NCBI GenBank assembly: GCA_009103225.1
Contig: RHPI01002910.1
Location: 364,678 to 428,677 of the forward strand
Reading direction: 5' to 3'
Length of the DNA stretch: 64,000 bases
Source: Chlorokybus atmophyticus
Taxonomy: Eukaryota > Plantae > Mesostigma and Chlorokybus algae
Shown here: positions 62,986 through 64,000 of the stretch, one piece after another
Layout of the letters: each line of letters begins with the position of its first letter
Numbering within the stretch: position 1 is the stretch's first letter
Notes under the pieces: generated by a model
Databases searched by the model: none
The model's input: the letters and a program-made list of their open reading frames with translations, nothing else
What the model was told of the DNA's origin: nothing
Translations under genes and position numbers: made by a program

Positions 62986-64000
62986 TATTATTATTCGGAA
63001 GCTAGTGCACACATGCAATGTCCGTGTGGCTATATACTCTACCAGACTGCACACTTCTACTCTATAAGGTCCTTTTCCATCTACACGCGTCTATATCGGA
63101 CGCTTTAAGTTGCACCGCGTAGCTAACTTCAAGAGCTTTTTCAACAAGCTATGCCACGTCTCTAGCAACTAAGTAGTCAGAAAGTTCTACTACTTCTACC
63201 GGAGCTCTGGACTGTTCCTCAGACTGTTCAAGAGCTCCAAGTCCGGAGTCTTCGAGCGTCCGTCATTGGACTATGCAGATATCGAGCCTCAGACTCACAA
63301 CTGCTCAATATCAGTCTTCTTACTGCAACTGCAACGTGCTCAAGGACTTAAGCATTTTTAGCACTCGATGCCTTTGTCTGTCGAGGTTGAGCTGACTGGA
63401 CGTCACTCCGTAATACTGCCCCGCAGGCAGCTTGACCCAAGCTCCTACTTAAACACAAATGCCAAGACTAGCACAGCATGCCTTGTACTTCACTGGTGAT
63501 AGTGCCTTTGTCATGAAATCCGCGAGCATGTCTTTAGTCTTGCAATACGAGAAGGCAACCTCCTTTCTCATGACTCTGTCTTGCACAAAATGATGCATGA
63601 CATCAATGTGCTTTGTGCGTGAAGAAGCGATTGGGTGCTTCAGCATGACATCAATGTGCTTTGACGGCGCCTTGATTGTCGCAGTTGATTGTGATGCAAT
63701 CCATGGGATGCTCCATATCCGCCATTAGCTTACGAAACCATAATGCTTCCTTTACCGATGCCGCTGCTGCCATGTACCCCGCTTCAGATGTGGATGCCGC
63801 TGTAGTTGGCTGCAGCCTGCTGTTCCAGCTCACAACTCTTCCGTTGAGTATGAACACATAGCCAGTAGTAGACTTTCTGCTGTCCAGGTCTCCAGCAAAG
63901 TTCTAGTCGCAATAGCCTTACAGCTCAGTGTCGCCGCGACCATACTTGATGCCAACAATAGCGTTTCCCGCCACATAGCGTAGTACCCCCTTTGCAGCCC
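62986..64000 (-). mobile_element. 3' end of a degenerate Ty1/Copia retrotransposon (RT tail, RNase H, PPT, 3' LTR 62986-63415)
   Basis: GDLDSRKSTTGYVFILNG..VSWNSRLQ...STSEA.Y, CDNQGA, RTKHIDVMHHFVQD, MLADFMTKAL; stop at 63449; PPT-like GCGGGGCAG; LTR termini TATTA...TAATA. Confidence 0.88.

Overview
Intron-rich eukaryotic nuclear DNA from a green-lineage alga or plant. The evidence is PsaK, CYP28, plastid transit peptides, and GT-AG introns full of CA/GCAT repeats; an early-diverging streptophyte alga is my inference. Positions 1-51 kb are a compact gene neighbourhood of 14 genes: PHD-GATA-PHD protein, CYP28, secreted histidine acid phosphatase (interrupted by an 880-nt poly-C run plus N), rhomboid, Zn alcohol dehydrogenase, EngA/Der, V-ATPase H, RRM protein, RNase HI multidomain protein, TBCC, PsaK, DUF3082-like protein, ATP12 and glucan phosphorylase, followed by NF-YC at 49.6-50.8 kb. 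Positions 51.5-64 kb are a nested transposon block. Its backbone is a degenerate minus-strand Ty3/Gypsy element with the order protease - C5 DNA methyltransferase - RT - RNase H - integrase - PHD finger. An apparently intact hAT transposon (16-bp TIRs, perfect 8-bp TSD) is inserted in the integrase tail, and a Copia 3' end with TA...TA LTR termini abuts the protease. Strongest leads: (1) the methyltransferase plus PHD retroelement; (2) the RNase HI + zf-GRF + HARP-like + PWWP-like host gene; (3) a hairpin covering two in-frame 3' splice sites in VHA-H, one of several long near-perfect palindromes. Exon structures were read by eye and no database searches were run.
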